In this document: positions 63,138 through 64,000 of the stretch, piece after piece
How the letters are laid out: every line of letters begins with the position of its first letter
Numbering within the stretch: position 1 is the stretch's first letter
Source of the DNA: Tolypothrix carrinoi HA7290-LM1
Lineage (GTDB): Bacteria; Cyanobacteriota; Cyanobacteriia; Cyanobacteriales; Nostocaceae
DNA: 64,000 nt
Direction: 5' to 3'
Assembly: GCA_019358935.1 (NCBI GenBank)
Contig: JAHHIK010000008.1
Coordinates: 32,001-96,000, forward strand
The notes under the pieces: model-generated
Told to the model about the DNA's origin: nothing
Databases searched by the model: none
The model's input: the letters and a program-made list of their open reading frames with translations, nothing else
Translations under genes and position numbers: made by a program

Positions 63138-63662
63138 TTAAGGCGATCGCCTACTTGAAGCTTCTGTTTTTTGAAACGAGGAAATCAGCAGGCAAACAAT
63201 GCCGATACTAATAAATGAATCTGCCACATTAAATACAGGAAAGTTGATCAATCGAAAATCGAGAAAATCAACTACGTAACTTAAAATAAAGCGATCGATA
63301 CCATTGCCCATCGCTCCGCCTAAAATAAAGCCATAGCCTAGTTGATCCCAAAAATGTAAGGCTGGACCAAAGCACGCTACCGCTATCAATACTAAACTTA
63401 CGGCAAGTGATAAAAAGCGCAATAAATCTATATGTCCGCTAAGTATACTCCAAGCTGCACCATCGTTTTTTACGTAGGTAAAATGAAATATCCCCTGGAT
63501 GAGTGGCAAAGTAGGTCTGTATATTATATTTCCTGTTTTTGATTCGATTATAGTTTCCAACTGCCAAGATTTTGCGGCTGATACTACTTGGTTTTTCGTA
63601 ACTTGGTCTAAGATAACAATTACAAAGGCAGCAATCCAAAAGAGGCGATTTTTTAAGCGCAT
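63138..63662 (-). CDS. lspA: Lipoprotein signal peptidase II
   Basis: DQVTK, NDGAAW, GNGIDR, VVDF and FNVAD motifs. Confidence 0.96.
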   Translation of the reverse strand: MRLKNRLFWIAAFVIVILDQVTKNQVVSAAKSWQLETIIESKTGNIIYRPTLPLIQGIFHFTYVKNDGAAWSILSGHIDLLRFLSLAVSLVLIAVACFGPALHFWDQLGYGFILGGAMGNGIDRFILSYVVDFLDFRLINFPVFNVADSFISIGIVCLLISSFQKTEASSRRSP

Positions 63663-63742
63663 GGCAAGTTAGTCAAGTATCATTTGTCAAAAGTCAAGTG
63701 TCATTAGTCATGAGCTTTTGACAAACAACAAATGACATTGAA

Positions 63743-64000
63743 CTAATAAAACATTAAGTGTCGTAATAGATATGCTATTACAGTAACGGCGCACACTACA
63801 GCTAGTTGACCTGGTAGAGCAAACCAGGAGTATGTGAGGATTGCTTGCATCATTAATGGCAGAGTTTCTGTACCTTTCCAATGAAAAATATAGCTGATAA
63901 TCAAATAACTAATACCGCAAACGTGGACAATTAACAAGCCACAAAAACAGCTAAACGCCAAAGTTTCTAGTTTAGGTCTAGCTTTAAAAGCTAAGAAGCC
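63743..64000 (-). CDS. bioY: Biotin transporter BioY (3' part only)
   Basis: Hydrophobic C-terminus (LAFSCFCGLLIVHVCGISYL...LPGQLAVVCA), directly upstream of lspA. Confidence 0.65.
   Translation of the reverse strand, partial: GFLAFKARPKLETLAFSCFCGLLIVHVCGISYLIISYIFHWKGTETLPLMMQAILTYSWFALPGQLAVVCAVTVIAYLLRHLMFY

Overview
This is chromosomal DNA from a filamentous, probably heterocyst-forming cyanobacterium (Nostocales-like), judged from dense HIP1 GCGATCGC sites, intergenic STRR heptamer arrays and apcD. Core genes include a CruP-like cyclase, rpmF, ureD-A-B-C, groES-groEL (with CIRCE and K-box), asnS, a pmgA-like gene, rlmD, apcD, purL, purF, apt, an FHA-PBP1A gene, lspA and bioY. Accessory genes are interleaved: two Uma2 nucleases, two Rpn-like genes, VapBC, Doc and HicB-like TA genes, two STAND/AAA proteins and an SMI1/KNR4 pseudogene. 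Five observations stand out. (1) A GxxExxY nuclease gene inside the urease operon is bracketed to the base by inverted four-unit CGCNRAG arms, and solo copies of the arm occur elsewhere, which suggests a RAYT/REP-like nuclease-repeat system. (2) purL carries a 478-aa LAGLIDADG intein. (3) A 198-bp STRR-armed element with a 6-bp target duplication interrupts the SMI1/KNR4 gene. (4) Small repeats are inserted in frame in purL, ureC, ureD and an AAA-WD40 gene, nested in each other and inserted into HIP1 sites. (5) Both Rpn-like genes have an internal RBS+ATG. No CRISPR array, tRNA, rRNA or transposase was recognised. All family calls come from motif recognition by eye; no database search was run.
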